NCBI GenBank assembly: GCA_963796275.1
Contig: CAWCKY010000006.1
Location: forward strand, 992,001-1,056,000
Length of the DNA: 64,000 nucleotides
Reading direction: 5' to 3'
DNA from: an uncultured Acidobacteriota bacterium
GTDB lineage: Bacteria; Acidobacteriota; Blastocatellia; RBC074
The notes beneath the pieces are model-generated. The model was not told the DNA's origin. It saw only the letters and a program-made list of their open reading frames with translations, and made no database searches. Of the stretch, positions 62,826 through 64,000 are shown piece by piece. The first letter of the stretch is position 1. The number at the start of each line of letters is the position of its first letter. Both the position numbers and the translations under genes were made by a program.

Positions 62826-64000
62826 ATGCGCCCTTTGGTCCCGACTACAGATATGAATAACGTGGCCCGAACATCTCGTGACTGGTTATCCCGGAAGGTT
62901 CTCGTACCATTCACCTATATGCAACAGATGGCGCGACCATCGCGACGCCCTATGAGGTCGGCATTCTTCGATGGAATGCGATTTCGCAGGGATTCCGCAT
63001 CGTGGCATGTTGAAAAAAGGAATGAATGGGTACTCGGTAAGTTACGTTATATACTCCGGCAGGCCTATCGCGATACGGTTTATTACCGAAAGCTATTCGA
63101 CGGTATCGGATTCGATCCGGCATCGGACTTCAGTTTCGATGATTTCTCACGTATACCGGTCCTCGAGCGTGAAGATATGCATCGGGAAGGGAAGAATCTC
63201 GTTTCTTCATCGATTGCGGACGGGATTTTGAAGAGAGATGCCACCGGAGGATCGACCGGAACGCCCGCAGTCATCTGGATGGGGCCTGAGGAGCAGGGCT
63301 GGCGCGAGAGCTCGGGGGAGTATTTTATGCAGTGTCTCAAGCTCCCCATCGGGTCGCGCATCGGAGGTTTATGGGGACATCATCTGGATCCGGTCGCGTC
63401 CGATAGTTTGCGCGAACGCTATTACGGCTTCCTGACCAACTCGCGCTACTTCGATTGTTTCAGGTTGTCACCCGAAATTTTCGAGCGATACCACCAGGAT
63501 CTGGAGAATTGGCGTCCCGCTTGCATCGTAGCTTATGCCAGTGCGCTCGGTAATATGGCGGAGTTTATTCTGGATCGCGGTTACCGGCCCAACTACCCGA
63601 CGCAATGCCTGGTGACCGGAGCCGAGAAATTACTGCCAAGCCATCGGAAGTTGATTGAAAAGGCATTTCGCCGTCCGGTACACGAGCGATACGGAGGGCG
63701 TGACATCGGCTATGTCGGGTTTCAGTTAACGCTCGAGCGGTCATACGATTTCGACATCGATTGGGCAAATACGCTGCTCGAACCGGAGACCGGTGAGGCG
63801 GAGTCCGAAATGCTGATCACCAAGCTCCATGCCGACGGGATGCCGATGATTCGTTATCGGGTGGGTGATGTTGCACGTTTCCCCCAGGGAAGTAAACCGG
63901 GGCATCCGGTGTACGTTCTTAACGAAATTATCGGGCGTTCGATCGATCGCGTGTGGCTTCCGGATGGAAGGTGGATCCACGGAATCCAGTTTCCCCACCT
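62826..64000 (+). CDS. Phenylacetate-CoA-ligase-like / CapK-family adenylate-forming protein (truncated by window end)
   Basis: Missing from the ORF track because it has no stop in the window. Read by hand from ATG 62826: ...TVYYRKLF...IPVLERED...TGGSTGTP...GAEKL...ERYGGRD...PMIRYRVGD. Confidence 0.82.
   Translation, partial: MRPLVPTTDMNNVARTSRDWLSRKVLVPFTYMQQMARPSRRPMRSAFFDGMRFRRDSASWHVEKRNEWVLGKLRYILRQAYRDTVYYRKLFDGIGFDPASDFSFDDFSRIPVLEREDMHREGKNLVSSSIADGILKRDATGGSTGTPAVIWMGPEEQGWRESSGEYFMQCLKLPIGSRIGGLWGHHLDPVASDSLRERYYGFLTNSRYFDCFRLSPEIFERYHQDLENWRPACIVAYASALGNMAEFILDRGYRPNYPTQCLVTGAEKLLPSHRKLIEKAFRRPVHERYGGRDIGYVGFQLTLERSYDFDIDWANTLLEPETGEAESEMLITKLHADGMPMIRYRVGDVARFPQGSKPGHPVYVLNEIIGRSIDRVWLPDGRWIHGIQFPH

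Overview
Chromosomal window from a bacterium that is most likely an Acidobacteriota member (Blastocatellia-like). This is inferred from three carboxypeptidase-regulatory-domain TonB-dependent receptors, ASPIC/UnbV (CRTAC1-like) and TPR proteins, an acidobacterial-type VWA protein and a divergent Hfq paralogue. In order, it holds: (1) a putative glycan-uptake locus (TPR, TBDR, membrane-anchored regulator, secreted glycoside hydrolase, ASPIC/UnbV, TPR; 363-13429); (2) secreted VWA, S9 and VPS10/BNR proteins; (3) an orphan histidine kinase divergent from an orphan pstS; (4) two tandem paralogous TBDRs; (5) a hyp-TlpA-DUF218-TlpA-gyrA-TPR-Hfq-like block; (6) a CocE/NonD hydrolase, an apparently inactive S41 peptidase, an acyl-CoA carboxylase beta subunit, a membrane patatin and an S9 peptidase; (7) a NarL/LuxR regulator followed by a Wzx/Wzy-type exopolysaccharide cluster that runs off the right edge. 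Four genes, including gyrA, carry apparent single-base frameshifts that are most likely sequence errors. The intergenic DNA is rich in non-autonomous repeats: about five distinct REP/REPIN-like families, an 8-copy 79-80 bp REP-doublet array, two copies of a ~255 bp MITE-like element, and several hairpins built from 7-bp periodic units. No transposase, tRNA, rRNA or CRISPR array was seen. All family calls come from motif recognition by eye; no database search was run.
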